DNA from: a virus | DNA length: 64,000 nucleotides | Reading direction: 5' to 3' (one strand) | IMG/VR virus record: IMGVR_UViG_3300050501_000322 | Shown here: piece after piece, positions 53,337 to 62,218 of the stretch | Position numbering within the stretch: position 1 is the stretch's first letter | Layout: every line of letters begins with the position of its first letter | Notes under the pieces: model-generated | What the model saw: only the letters and a program-made list of their open reading frames with translations | The model's database searches: none | Told to the model about the DNA's origin: nothing | Position numbers and translations under genes: made by a program

Positions 53337-54133
53337 TGGCACTAGTTGATCTAAATTGCACCGGTGGGGTCAACAACACGACATACGGCACTCCCTCGAT
53401 CAGCCGGACAACCAGCGTTCCGACGAGTGAGAGCTACACGGCCTGCGCGTGGATCAAGGTCATCTCCGACCCATACGTTGACTTCCTGCACTTCTTCGCG
53501 AGCGAGGGCTCGCCGCAGTCGCGCAGCATGTTCGTCGAGGGCAACATCAACGGCGACGTCTACAACTACGAGAACACCGGCGGCACGACGGCCGATTATT
53601 GGATTGACGACGACAACGGCTGGAACTTTCTCGCCTCGGTCGGCAGGACCGCGAACATCATCGGTTACTGGCTGAGGGCCGGCACCTGGACCACGACAGG
53701 AACCATCACTAGCCCCGCCGGCGCCCACGATCGCATGAGCTGGGGGAGCCAGTTCCAGTTTGCCGCCGATGCGAGCGGCCGGCATCTGGTGAGATCGCTC
53801 AGAATCTGGAACGTTGAGCTCACCCTGCAAGAAATCAAGGCTGAATCCCAGAGCGTCAAACCGAGGAGGCTATCGGGTCTCACGTTCTGGACCAGTTGCC
53901 TGATTCCAGCGAGCTTCAACGTCGATCTATCGGGAACGGGCGGCAATTTCACCATGAACGGAGCAGCCGCGTCCTCGCAAGACGACCCAGGTATCCCCTG
54001 GCAACGAAACCGCACTTACAGCTATGCTTGGTGAACGATGAGCTCCTGCGGCACAGGTTGCCCCCCAGCCCAGCCAGGACCCGCCGGACCGCGGGGGCCG
54101 GCCGGGCCTCAGGGACCTCCCGGACCGGCTGGC
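52731..54133 (+). repeat. 48-bp exact direct repeat pair (52731-52778 and 54086-54133)
   Basis: GGACCGCGGGGGCCGGCCGGGCCTCAGGGACCTCCCGGACCGGCTGGC twice, inside about 90 bp of near-identical 5' ends. Confidence 0.9.
53336..54034 (+). CDS. concanavalin A/LamG-like lectin domain protein
   Basis: YTACAWIK...GWNFLASV...LRIWNVELTLQEI. Confidence 0.7.
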   Translation: MALVDLNCTGGVNNTTYGTPSISRTTSVPTSESYTACAWIKVISDPYVDFLHFFASEGSPQSRSMFVEGNINGDVYNYENTGGTTADYWIDDDNGWNFLASVGRTANIIGYWLRAGTWTTTGTITSPAGAHDRMSWGSQFQFAADASGRHLVRSLRIWNVELTLQEIKAESQSVKPRRLSGLTFWTSCLIPASFNVDLSGTGGNFTMNGAAASSQDDPGIPWQRNRTYSYAW

Positions 54134-54478
54134 CCCAGTGGCGGCGGAGACGGTGGTGGCAACATCATAACGGCCGCGATCACATCTGACCAGAATGACT
54201 GGAACCCGACCGGACTCAGTACGGCATCCATCATCCGAGTTTCGAGCGACGCCTCGCGAACCATCACCGGATTTCTCTCGACCTCGTTCGCTTCCCCATT
54301 CGATCGCAAACTGCTCGTTAACACGGGATCAAATCCAATCGTCCTCGCTCATGAGAATGCCGGTTCGGCCGCAATCGATCGAATCATCGTTCCCGGAGCC
54401 GTCAATCTGACGCTGCAACCAAACGAATCGGCAGAACTCTGGTACGACGCAATCACGGCTCGCGTGAGGATTGTATGA
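54038..54478 (+). CDS. collagen-like spike/fibre protein, paralog of 52683
   Basis: MSSCGTGCPP, Gly-X-Y run, head ending ELWYD. Confidence 0.75.
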   Translation: MSSCGTGCPPAQPGPAGPRGPAGPQGPPGPAGPSGGGDGGGNIITAAITSDQNDWNPTGLSTASIIRVSSDASRTITGFLSTSFASPFDRKLLVNTGSNPIVLAHENAGSAAIDRIIVPGAVNLTLQPNESAELWYDAITARVRIV

Positions 54479-55395
54479 CGACTATAGCTCGAGGACTCTT
54501 CGGGAGCCCTGGTGGGCGCGGCGCGCAGAGCACCGCTAACCGCATCTGGGAAGTGGGTAAGGCTTCCTGGATGTACCCATCAGTAGCCGATGCAGTAACT
54601 GCCATCAACGCTGACCCGAGCCCGCCAACGACCACGAACCGCGCCATCATCTGGGTGCATCCAGGAAAATATACATCCACGACCCCGACGGTCATTCCCG
54701 CGTACACCGGAGTAAAGGGCGACAGCAAGTACCTTGTCCAGTTCCAGAACGACGTCGGCACACTCTTCCAGGCCGGAGGCAGCAACGTCTTCTTCGAAGA
54801 CTTCCTGGTTGAAGGGAGTCCTACCGCGGGAATCTACGCCTTCGACGGCAACAACCAAAATGCGGTGCACATCCGAAACGTCGACATGCTTGACAATGGG
54901 CTCACTGCCCGCCAGCGCTTCCTGATTCAGGAAGGAGCGACCTGGAGCATCCTCACGATTGATCAGTGCGTGGTGAACTACCGAGGGCTCGATGAATTCG
55001 CCTGCCGTCTGACGAACAGCGGCGCGGCCGCCCGGTTCGTGGACGTTTGGGTGCAGTACAGCTTCTTCGACGCATTTCAGCTCACGAACTTCGGCGGATC
55101 GTTTGACCTCCGCGGACTACAAGACATCCGGTTTTGGTACACGACTATTCGCGGCACCAACGCTCCCGGCGCAGCCTCTTTCTTTAATACCGGCATTCGC
55201 CACAGACTCGGCGGCGTCACTGGCACGCCGACGGTCGAGATCGCGCACGGGACCATGTCGGGCGTGCTCGCCGGCTCAGGTGGTGTCGCGTGCTTCGGCG
55301 ACGCCGGGACCGCGATCATCATCGACAACAGTCTAGCTAGAGGCGCCGGATCGAGCGGTACGCTCACGGTGCGAAACAGCTTCATCACACAGTAA
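54475..55395 (+). CDS. pectin-lyase-like beta-helix protein (receptor binding or depolymerase)
   Basis: SVADAV...IWVHPGKY...VKG followed by parallel beta-helix-like repeats. Confidence 0.6.
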   Translation: MTTIARGLFGSPGGRGAQSTANRIWEVGKASWMYPSVADAVTAINADPSPPTTTNRAIIWVHPGKYTSTTPTVIPAYTGVKGDSKYLVQFQNDVGTLFQAGGSNVFFEDFLVEGSPTAGIYAFDGNNQNAVHIRNVDMLDNGLTARQRFLIQEGATWSILTIDQCVVNYRGLDEFACRLTNSGAAARFVDVWVQYSFFDAFQLTNFGGSFDLRGLQDIRFWYTTIRGTNAPGAASFFNTGIRHRLGGVTGTPTVEIAHGTMSGVLAGSGGVACFGDAGTAIIIDNSLARGAGSSGTLTVRNSFITQ

Positions 55396-55398
55396 AAA

Positions 55399-56904
55399 AT
55401 GGCCGACACCCTAAAACTCATGCTTCGAAAGGGCTTTCGTTGCTGCCCGTTCGTCGAGCTGCCGCTCGACCTCATTCGAAGCATCGCGGAGCAGGCCTCA
55501 ATCGAGGCGGGCTTCGGGGTGGTCGAGACGATCGAGTTCAGTCCGAGCACCTCGCGGCTCGTGGACGTTCCTACGGATAGCCTCCCGAACGGAGCACTGA
55601 TGAAGGTGCTCAGCGTCGAAGACTTGTTTCAACTCGTGAAGAGCCCGACTACCGAGCTCATGACCCTCGCCAACACGACTCCCATGGTGGCAATTGAGAG
55701 CGTTGCTAATCCTGGCGAGGTCTGGATCAGGCTCGAGCTCGGCTCTAACCGCTGGCGCACTCAGACGTCGTGGGTCATCGACCCGATTAACGGCAACGAA
55801 GAGAACACCGGAGCACCAGGATCTCCTATTCAGACGTTCCGCGAATTTTCCCGGAGGATGGGCCCGGCCGGCGAAATTCCGGCAACGATGGACGTGACAC
55901 TTACTTCGGACTCCTCGGCAACCGACACGCTTTTTCTGCGCAATCTGCTCATTCGACCAGACGCGATGTTTCGATTTTTCGGTACACCGACGGTACTTGA
56001 TTCGGGGACCATCACGGCAAAAACCGACATCAACTCTGCGACGCAGACACCGCCATCAATCACTGATGCAGCTCAAGACTTCACGACGTACATCGACCGT
56101 CGCCTCCGCATCACGACTCCCGGTCCGCGATTTGGTGCAGTTGCTTGGGCTAGCAAGCTGATCGCGGCTACCCAGGTCAGAACCAGTCCATGGGGGCTGA
56201 GCGACCCCCTCGCGGTCCCTTACTCGGTCGTACCCACCCTCGTCAACCCGCAGGTCGGAGACGCATACGTGGTCGAGAGCCTCCCGATTCTCAGCAGCGC
56301 TTCCATTCAAGTCTCTAAGGTCAATTCAGCAGCGCAAGGACCGACGGCGTGCTTGTTCGCGGACATGCAGCTCGCGAGGACTTCGGTCACAACGGACCGA
56401 TTCGATTACGGCAACAGCGACGTGGCGATGTCGAAGTGTAGCCAAGCCGCGCGAAATGTATACGGCCGCAACATAGAAGCAGCGCTCTGTTTACTACTTC
56501 CAAGTGTGTTTCACTTGTCAGCTTTCCAGTGGAGAGGGTGCTCCTACCGCGGAGTCAATCGAGGCCGGCACGGCTCTACGTTTTACATATCCGACTCCAC
56601 GATCTGCCAAGGAAGTTTCTTTTTCATTAATGAAGGTGCTTTTTGCCAAGTCTTTGACGCCGCTTCATTCGACGGCGGCGGAATGGTCGTCTCAATGGAC
56701 AGTCAACTAGAATGCGTAGGTTTATTGTGGGGCAACAATAATACAACCTTCGGTTTAACTGCTGATGGTCGCGTACACTACACCGTCAAACCTACAATCA
56801 CAGGACTCACTGCTGACACCAGAATTGGAGGCACTAACACTGCCTACGCTGGAATCCCTTTTTTCAATGTCGCCAACGGGGCCATGATAGTAGCTACTCC
56901 ATGA
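55399..56904 (+). CDS. large fibre/spike protein
   Basis: 501 aa, beta-rich; AT-richer 3' third. Confidence 0.55.
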   Translation: MADTLKLMLRKGFRCCPFVELPLDLIRSIAEQASIEAGFGVVETIEFSPSTSRLVDVPTDSLPNGALMKVLSVEDLFQLVKSPTTELMTLANTTPMVAIESVANPGEVWIRLELGSNRWRTQTSWVIDPINGNEENTGAPGSPIQTFREFSRRMGPAGEIPATMDVTLTSDSSATDTLFLRNLLIRPDAMFRFFGTPTVLDSGTITAKTDINSATQTPPSITDAAQDFTTYIDRRLRITTPGPRFGAVAWASKLIAATQVRTSPWGLSDPLAVPYSVVPTLVNPQVGDAYVVESLPILSSASIQVSKVNSAAQGPTACLFADMQLARTSVTTDRFDYGNSDVAMSKCSQAARNVYGRNIEAALCLLLPSVFHLSAFQWRGCSYRGVNRGRHGSTFYISDSTICQGSFFFINEGAFCQVFDAASFDGGGMVVSMDSQLECVGLLWGNNNTTFGLTADGRVHYTVKPTITGLTADTRIGGTNTAYAGIPFFNVANGAMIVATP

Positions 56905-57434
56905 TCGGTCACAACGAAGTCCTCCAGGTGCTCCTCTCGTTTCCGCCGTACTATGCGGACCGCTTCGACACGCTCGAGCAGCGGACCGAGCTCTTCACGC
57001 CGAGTGCCGTCGCGATCGCCAGAGCGGCCAACGGAAATCGGACACGCGCCGCCGCGCTCGTCGCCGTCTGGAAGCACGAGTCGGGCAACGGTGCAAGATA
57101 TGTCCTGGAAGGAAGGTGCCAGGACGGCCCGAGGGGCGCGCGCTGCGACTGGGACTACAAGCTCAAGCGCCCGAAGTCGATCACGGCGTTTCAGGTGCAG
57201 AGCTGGTGCACCGAGGCGTGGGACGCGCCCCACAACAGCCAGGAGCAACTGAACGCTGCCGCGCGCTGCGTGATCCGCCAGTGGGAGGGGGGACGGAAGC
57301 GATGCGGCAAGCTGGTCGGCGACTGGGCCGGCGGCTTCGCAGGGCTCACCGGCGGCGCGTGCATCTGGCCCGGCTCGGCCCCCCGCGTCAAGACGATGGA
57401 GCTCGCCCGAATGAGGCTATCGCGGGCACAATGA
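56901..57434 (+). CDS. lytic transglycosylase-like (lysozyme fold) protein
   Basis: AALVAVWKHESG (catalytic Glu context), AFQV. Confidence 0.5.
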   Translation: MIGHNEVLQVLLSFPPYYADRFDTLEQRTELFTPSAVAIARAANGNRTRAAALVAVWKHESGNGARYVLEGRCQDGPRGARCDWDYKLKRPKSITAFQVQSWCTEAWDAPHNSQEQLNAAARCVIRQWEGGRKRCGKLVGDWAGGFAGLTGGACIWPGSAPRVKTMELARMRLSRAQ

Positions 57435-58243
57435 CGCCGGCCGAGCTCCACCGCTGGGCCCGGCCAATCATCCTCAACGGACTCGCAGACGCGGAAATTC
57501 TCATCGACAGTCCCATCGTGGTCCTCGCGATCCATGGCATCGGGTGGCTCGAGACGCACTACGGGTTCGCGTGGAAGGGCGCCGGCAAGGGGAGCCGGAA
57601 CTGGGGCGCAGACCAAGCCGGATTGCCACCGTGTCCGCTCGCCACGAGTTTCGAGTATGTCGACACCCACCCGAACCCCGACGGCACGTCGACGACCTAC
57701 CGAATCTGCTTTAGGCGCTATGCCGACGATCGGGCGGGCTGTTTCGGCCTCATTAAACAGGAGTTCTTACGTCGACCAACTGTCCTCGCAGCCGCGCGAC
57801 GTGGAGACCTCTACGGCGTGAGCCGTGCCCTCTACGAAACCAGGTACTACGAAGGTCACGGCAAGACTCCCGCCGACCGCATCGCGAACCACTACAAACT
57901 CCTCTTCTCGAGCGTCAAGGCAGCGGCTAACGCCAACGGTGACGATCCGGTACACGAATGGATGCCGCCAACCGAGCCCTGGATGCACGACCTCGCCGCC
58001 GAGCATCCGACACTCCGTCGCGGATCACGCCACATCGAGCACGTGAAGGTCTGGCAGCGCTCAGTTCTAAACGTCGAGCTCGAAGGCATCGGCGCCCAAA
58101 CGCTCGTGGTCGACGGACGCTTCGGGTCGATGACTGAGGGCGCCACTCGCGTCTGGCAGGCGCAGCGCAATCTCAAGGCCGACGGCATCGTCGGTCCGCG
58201 GAGCTGGACCAAGGCGGAAGAAGAGTTTGACGAGGCCGCATGA
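57431..58243 (+). CDS. endolysin: GH73-like catalytic domain plus peptidoglycan-binding domain
   Basis: LETHYG...RNWGA...FRRY...RYY; C-terminal LRRGS...VKVWQ...DGRFG...DGIVGPRSW. Confidence 0.8.
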   Translation: MTPAELHRWARPIILNGLADAEILIDSPIVVLAIHGIGWLETHYGFAWKGAGKGSRNWGADQAGLPPCPLATSFEYVDTHPNPDGTSTTYRICFRRYADDRAGCFGLIKQEFLRRPTVLAAARRGDLYGVSRALYETRYYEGHGKTPADRIANHYKLLFSSVKAAANANGDDPVHEWMPPTEPWMHDLAAEHPTLRRGSRHIEHVKVWQRSVLNVELEGIGAQTLVVDGRFGSMTEGATRVWQAQRNLKADGIVGPRSWTKAEEEFDEAA

Positions 58244-58668
58244 CCGATCCCGAGCGCGACTTGGCCGACTTCACCTACGGCAAAGGGTGGGGTTCGTGGA
58301 TGGAAGACCGTGTGAGTAAACTCGAATCACTGCCTGAGCAATTGCGTGTTGATCGTCAAAAACTCGACGACATCAAGAGAGGTATTGACAAACTCGGAAG
58401 TGAGTGGGTGGAGTTTCAGTACAACGAAAAAAAGAAGTTTGCGAAACTCGAAAAGCGTCTTGAATCTCTCGAGAGCGATGAATTCGATGACCAGGAGGAA
58501 ATCACCGGAGTTCAGAGCGTCGACAAACTCCAGCGAAATGCCCGTAGCCAGCGTGCTCGAACACGGCGCTGGAAGCGAAACGCCAAGATCATCGCTCCGA
58601 TTCTGGTCGGAGCAGGTGCAGCCTTGGTCGAATTCGTCAGAGCTATCCTGGCAGCGAGCGGCAGATGA
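58240..58668 (+). CDS. coiled-coil protein with a C-terminal TM (holin/lysis-accessory candidate)
   Basis: Follows the endolysin; IIAPILVGAGAALV. Confidence 0.5.
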   Translation: MTDPERDLADFTYGKGWGSWMEDRVSKLESLPEQLRVDRQKLDDIKRGIDKLGSEWVEFQYNEKKKFAKLEKRLESLESDEFDDQEEITGVQSVDKLQRNARSQRARTRRWKRNAKIIAPILVGAGAALVEFVRAILAASGR

Positions 58669-58886
58669 CCAGAAAGCAGTCCGTACAGCAGCTCGTAAAC
58701 TTCGCCAGATATTTGATGGGCCAACTACCGGCCAACGAGTGGCGCGAATTCGCACACGAAGCCGCATTCGAGATCATGAGACTCTCGCAAGAGAAGACCA
58801 GCCAGAGCGGTCGTTACCACGTAACGAAACCCGACTTTCTAGAGGACGCGGACACAGAACCACCGCCACCCGAAAAAAAGGCCTAA
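58665..58886 (+). CDS. hypothetical protein
   Basis: Last + strand ORF of the block. Confidence 0.45.
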   Translation: MTRKQSVQQLVNFARYLMGQLPANEWREFAHEAAFEIMRLSQEKTSQSGRYHVTKPDFLEDADTEPPPPEKKA

Positions 58887-59059
58887 TTTTCTCCGTTGCT
58901 GCGGCGCAGGAGATCGAACGCTGTCTCAGCCGACCCTTGGCTCTTACCCAGCATGAAGACGATCTCAAGAATTCTGGCGACCGCAGCCACGCGAATCTCG
59001 GCGGGCAGAGAATCGCTGGCGACGAGCTCAGCGAGCTCCTGACACTCTTCCCTGGTCAT
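58883..59059 (-). CDS. hypothetical protein (58 aa)
   Basis: MTREECQELAELV...; converges on the + operon. Confidence 0.4.
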   Translation of the reverse strand: MTREECQELAELVASDSLPAEIRVAAVARILEIVFMLGKSQGSAETAFDLLRRSNGEN

Positions 59060-59065
59060 TTAGCT

Positions 59066-59302
59066 TTAAGGACAACTCTGAGCCGTCCAGCGGAGATCTT
59101 CCCACTGGTCCTGAGGGCGGCCGCGGTGGCGATACGTGTGTACCGTGAAGGGCGTGTTCGTCATACCGGAGTAGTACACGAGATCATTCACGTACCGCTC
59201 GGCGTCGCGGTCGCTCTTCCACTCGGGACCCTTCACGAACGCCGGTCTCCAGACCGGAGGCGGGTGATCGCAGCGATACACGAAGAAGTAGTACCAAGCC
59301 AT
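59066..59302 (-). CDS. hypothetical aromatic-rich protein
   Basis: GGAG then ATG 59302 (MAWYYFF). Confidence 0.45.
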   Translation of the reverse strand: MAWYYFFVYRCDHPPPVWRPAFVKGPEWKSDRDAERYVNDLVYYSGMTNTPFTVHTYRHRGRPQDQWEDLRWTAQSCP

Positions 59303-59303
59303 C

Positions 59304-59816
59304 TCAGCGCCGACTCCGGAAGGCGAAGTACGCACCGACGATCGCGAGACCGACGACAACCAGCGGCACGTACGACTGGGTCTCTGGCCTCGCGCCCTGC
59401 GTCCCTGGCGGCTGCTCTGTCGAGCTCGGCCGCGAAGGCGCGGGACCTGGCGGAGGCGTTTGCGGTGCCGGCAGCCGGGAGACGTCGTAGAGGACCTCGT
59501 TCGCGGTCACGTCCACGATTTTCTGTGGCAAAAGAGCGCTCACGCCCGGCACCTGGGAAACCTCGGGGTCGATCACCGCGTCCGGCGCCGACCACACGCC
59601 GTCAGCTTCGAAACGGCAGCTCGAGACGGTCGCTGCGGAAGTCGAGAAGCTCATGTTCGTCCACGGCGCCGACTGGCCGACCTGCGATCCGACGGCCTGA
59701 AGTGCTGCCGACGCGACCTGCGCCGGGATAAGCACGCACGGAACCGGAGCGAGCCAGGTCGTCTGGTAGCGGTGGCCCTGGGTGAGCCGGACGACGGGGC
59801 TACCCGTAGCGGGCAC
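59304..59816 (-). CDS. tail-anchored membrane protein, divergent member of paralog family A
   Basis: LTQGHRYQTTW...EVLYD, Pro-rich stalk, TM plus RSRR. Confidence 0.6.
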   Translation of the reverse strand: MPATGSPVVRLTQGHRYQTTWLAPVPCVLIPAQVASAALQAVGSQVGQSAPWTNMSFSTSAATVSSCRFEADGVWSAPDAVIDPEVSQVPGVSALLPQKIVDVTANEVLYDVSRLPAPQTPPPGPAPSRPSSTEQPPGTQGARPETQSYVPLVVVGLAIVGAYFAFRSRR

Positions 59817-60063
59817 GAATTTTCTCTCTCAGTTGAACGACGTCCTTCGTAAGCGGCATGAGCTCGCTCACTCTAACGAAGAACGGTCGTATTTCGCCAC
59901 CGACACTGATCTCCGGCTTCACTACCGTGGCGCAGCCAACGCAAACGCCGTAGTGGCTCTGATTGTTCGGAACGGCGACCTGCCTGCCACCGCAAACGGG
60001 ACAGTAAGGCGGTGGTCCCGGATCAATCGTCTTCGTCGAAGTCGTCGTCTCCGTCATCGTCAT
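59800..60063 (-). CDS. zinc-ribbon protein
   Basis: CPVC...CVGC. Confidence 0.55.
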   Translation of the reverse strand: MTMTETTTSTKTIDPGPPPYCPVCGGRQVAVPNNQSHYGVCVGCATVVKPEISVGGEIRPFFVRVSELMPLTKDVVQLREKIRARYG

Positions 60064-60334
60064 CCTCTTCTTCGTCCTCGTTTTGCTCGTCCTCGTACTC
60101 GTACCCGAGCTGTTGTCGCATCTCGGCCTGCTTCAGGTTTGCGCATCGAGGAGAATCGCAGAGGTCGTCACGCGCGATCACGAACTCCTCACCCTCTTCA
60201 TCGCGCACGACGTACGGGTGCTTGACCTTGTTCTTGAGCACGCGGCTACCCGAGCCCTTCGCCACGATCTCGACCTTCTCGATGGTCTCGACAAAGGCGA
60301 GCCACATGCGCTGACCAGGCGGGAAGTCCTCCAC
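60023..60334 (-). CDS. hypothetical protein with an acidic tail
   Basis: C-terminal poly-D/E. Confidence 0.5.
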   Translation of the reverse strand: MEDFPPGQRMWLAFVETIEKVEIVAKGSGSRVLKNKVKHPYVVRDEEGEEFVIARDDLCDSPRCANLKQAEMRQQLGYEYEDEQNEDEEEDDDDGDDDFDEDD

Positions 60335-60529
60335 CCCCCGAGAATATCACGAGCCCGACGAGTGGGTGGCGCGTGGCCTTTTTACGGGCAACTTTCCTAA
60401 AAGTTGTTTGCGTGTAGGCGCCGCCCGGCAGTCGGGGCTCGTGAGGGACAAGACCTAGCACAGGGGAGGCCGCCCCGCGAGCGCGCGGGAGTATCGCGCT
60501 ATCGCGCGCCCGCGAGGCTCGGCCAGAAT

Positions 60530-60871
60530 TCAGGGCGCGTTGCAGGTCCAGGCACCGGAGTACACGGGCTGGCCGTACTTGGGATTCGGGCACCATCCTG
60601 CCGCGCAACACGTCTTGCAACCGGCGGGCTTGACCAGTGTTGGCGCCGGGTTCGCGAACTGCCAGGCGGAGTTTCGCCACGCGCACACGATGTCCTGGTT
60701 CAGCGACGGGTTCACGCTCGAGTAGAAGATCGGGTAGCCGGGCGGAGCCGTGCATTGAAGGGACGCGGGACAGATCGCCTGCTCGACCTCGCCGACTTTT
60801 TCTTGCGGGAGTGATTCAGATCCGCACGCGGTGAACGACAACATGGCGAACATCAAGATCAGCTTTTTCAT
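60530..60871 (-). CDS. Cys-rich lipoprotein (myxobacterial style)
   Basis: MKKLILMFAMLSFTAC lipobox; VGEVEQAI; 8 further Cys. Confidence 0.7.
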   Translation of the reverse strand: MKKLILMFAMLSFTACGSESLPQEKVGEVEQAICPASLQCTAPPGYPIFYSSVNPSLNQDIVCAWRNSAWQFANPAPTLVKPAGCKTCCAAGWCPNPKYGQPVYSGAWTCNAP

Positions 60872-62013
60872 TTGGGGCTTCCTTTCTCGTCGTAGAGCTC
60901 GGCCAGGTCGTCTGAGACGCTGGCGTCGCGTTGCTGGCGATTGTCGTCGTAGAGCGCCACGGTCTCAAGCTTGGCGTGGCGCGAAAGCGAGCGGACGTTC
61001 TGAATCGGGTGGTCATGATTAAGCGCCACGGTCACTGTCGAGTGCCGAAGCGCGTGCGCCCACGCCTTCACCCCAGCGCGCTCGGCGATCTCGTGAACGA
61101 TATGGTTCACGCCCGCGCCGCTGAGGCGCTCGCCCTGGTTCTGCTTCGCGAGCGAAGATACAAGAGGAGAGCCGCCAGCAGGCGTCGTCGCACCGAACCA
61201 AGGTGTTCGTCGATGTTTCAGCTCCTCGATCGCGCGCGCTACCGGCTGCGGCACGTGCAGCCACTTTTCGACGCCTCCCTTGCCGAGCACGCGGAGCCTC
61301 TTTCCCTCTTGGTCGTAGTCGCCAACGTTGAGCCCCGCGACCTCGTGCCGGCGAAGGCCGAGCACCGCGAGCAGGAACAGGATCACGCGGTTCCGAGCGC
61401 CCTCGAGTCCGTCACCAGCAGCCGCGAACATCTTCCGGACCCCCTCCTCGGGCACGCCGCGCGTGTCGCGGTAGGGCTGGACCTTCGGGCCCTTGAGCTC
61501 GAGCGTCCAAGTGACCAGACCCGCCGCGCGCGCCGCGCGCCCGAAGCTTCGGAGCGTCACGAGGCGCCGCGCACGCGTTGCGGGAGAGAGGCCGGCCATG
61601 GAATCGAGCCAGCGCGCCGCCAGGGCGTTCAAACCCCCCTGCGAGGACTTCAGGAGCTCCTGGACGAGCGCCGGCACCGTGAGGCCGCAGAAGGCGCCTA
61701 GCGCGGCCATGTCTTGCTGGTAGGCCTTCTTCGAGAGCGGGGACAGTCCGGCGTAGAAATGCTCGAGGACCTGCTCAGGGGTGAGCTGCTGCGGGGTCAA
61801 CAAATGAATCGTTTGCACCCGGCGCTCAATGCTGCCGACCGGAAATTCTTCCATGGTAGCGGCTGGTGCCAGCGTCACCGCCGGGTCCAGAGCCTCTTCG
61901 GGGTAGTACTCTCGAAAGACGCGAGGACTTGCCGCCTCGAGCGCGCGATCGAAATTGGGCGTCGCGACCTCTTTTCGAGCCCCCCGACGTCGCCCCAGGT
62001 GCTTCAACCTCAC
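60868..62013 (-). CDS. tyrosine recombinase/integrase (start may be 61854)
   Basis: RNRVIL...LGLRRHEV (R), GKGG (K), HALRH (HxxR), SRHAKLETVALY (H, Y). Confidence 0.92.
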   Translation of the reverse strand: MRLKHLGRRRGARKEVATPNFDRALEAASPRVFREYYPEEALDPAVTLAPAATMEEFPVGSIERRVQTIHLLTPQQLTPEQVLEHFYAGLSPLSKKAYQQDMAALGAFCGLTVPALVQELLKSSQGGLNALAARWLDSMAGLSPATRARRLVTLRSFGRAARAAGLVTWTLELKGPKVQPYRDTRGVPEEGVRKMFAAAGDGLEGARNRVILFLLAVLGLRRHEVAGLNVGDYDQEGKRLRVLGKGGVEKWLHVPQPVARAIEELKHRRTPWFGATTPAGGSPLVSSLAKQNQGERLSGAGVNHIVHEIAERAGVKAWAHALRHSTVTVALNHDHPIQNVRSLSRHAKLETVALYDDNRQQRDASVSDDLAELYDEKGSPK

Positions 62014-62218
62014 TGGAACCTGGTGCTTACGATACTGGATATTATCGAAAGCAGCAAGGTGCTATAGTGGTCCTCGCCGGCGCCTGGTACCAGGAGCTCT
62101 CGCCGGTAATCCCGTCCCGCAGGTTCGTCCTCGCTGCCAAGTGGAGCCGGAGAGGCTGTGAAGCTCGGCACCGAAACAGGAGCTGGAAAACCTGCCGGGG
62201 CGGGGCGTTAATACCCCC

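Noticed and set aside
58346-59731. 461-aa plus-strand ORF
   Set aside because: Overlaps two coupled + genes in another frame and three minus-strand genes; Arg/Ser-rich shadow composition
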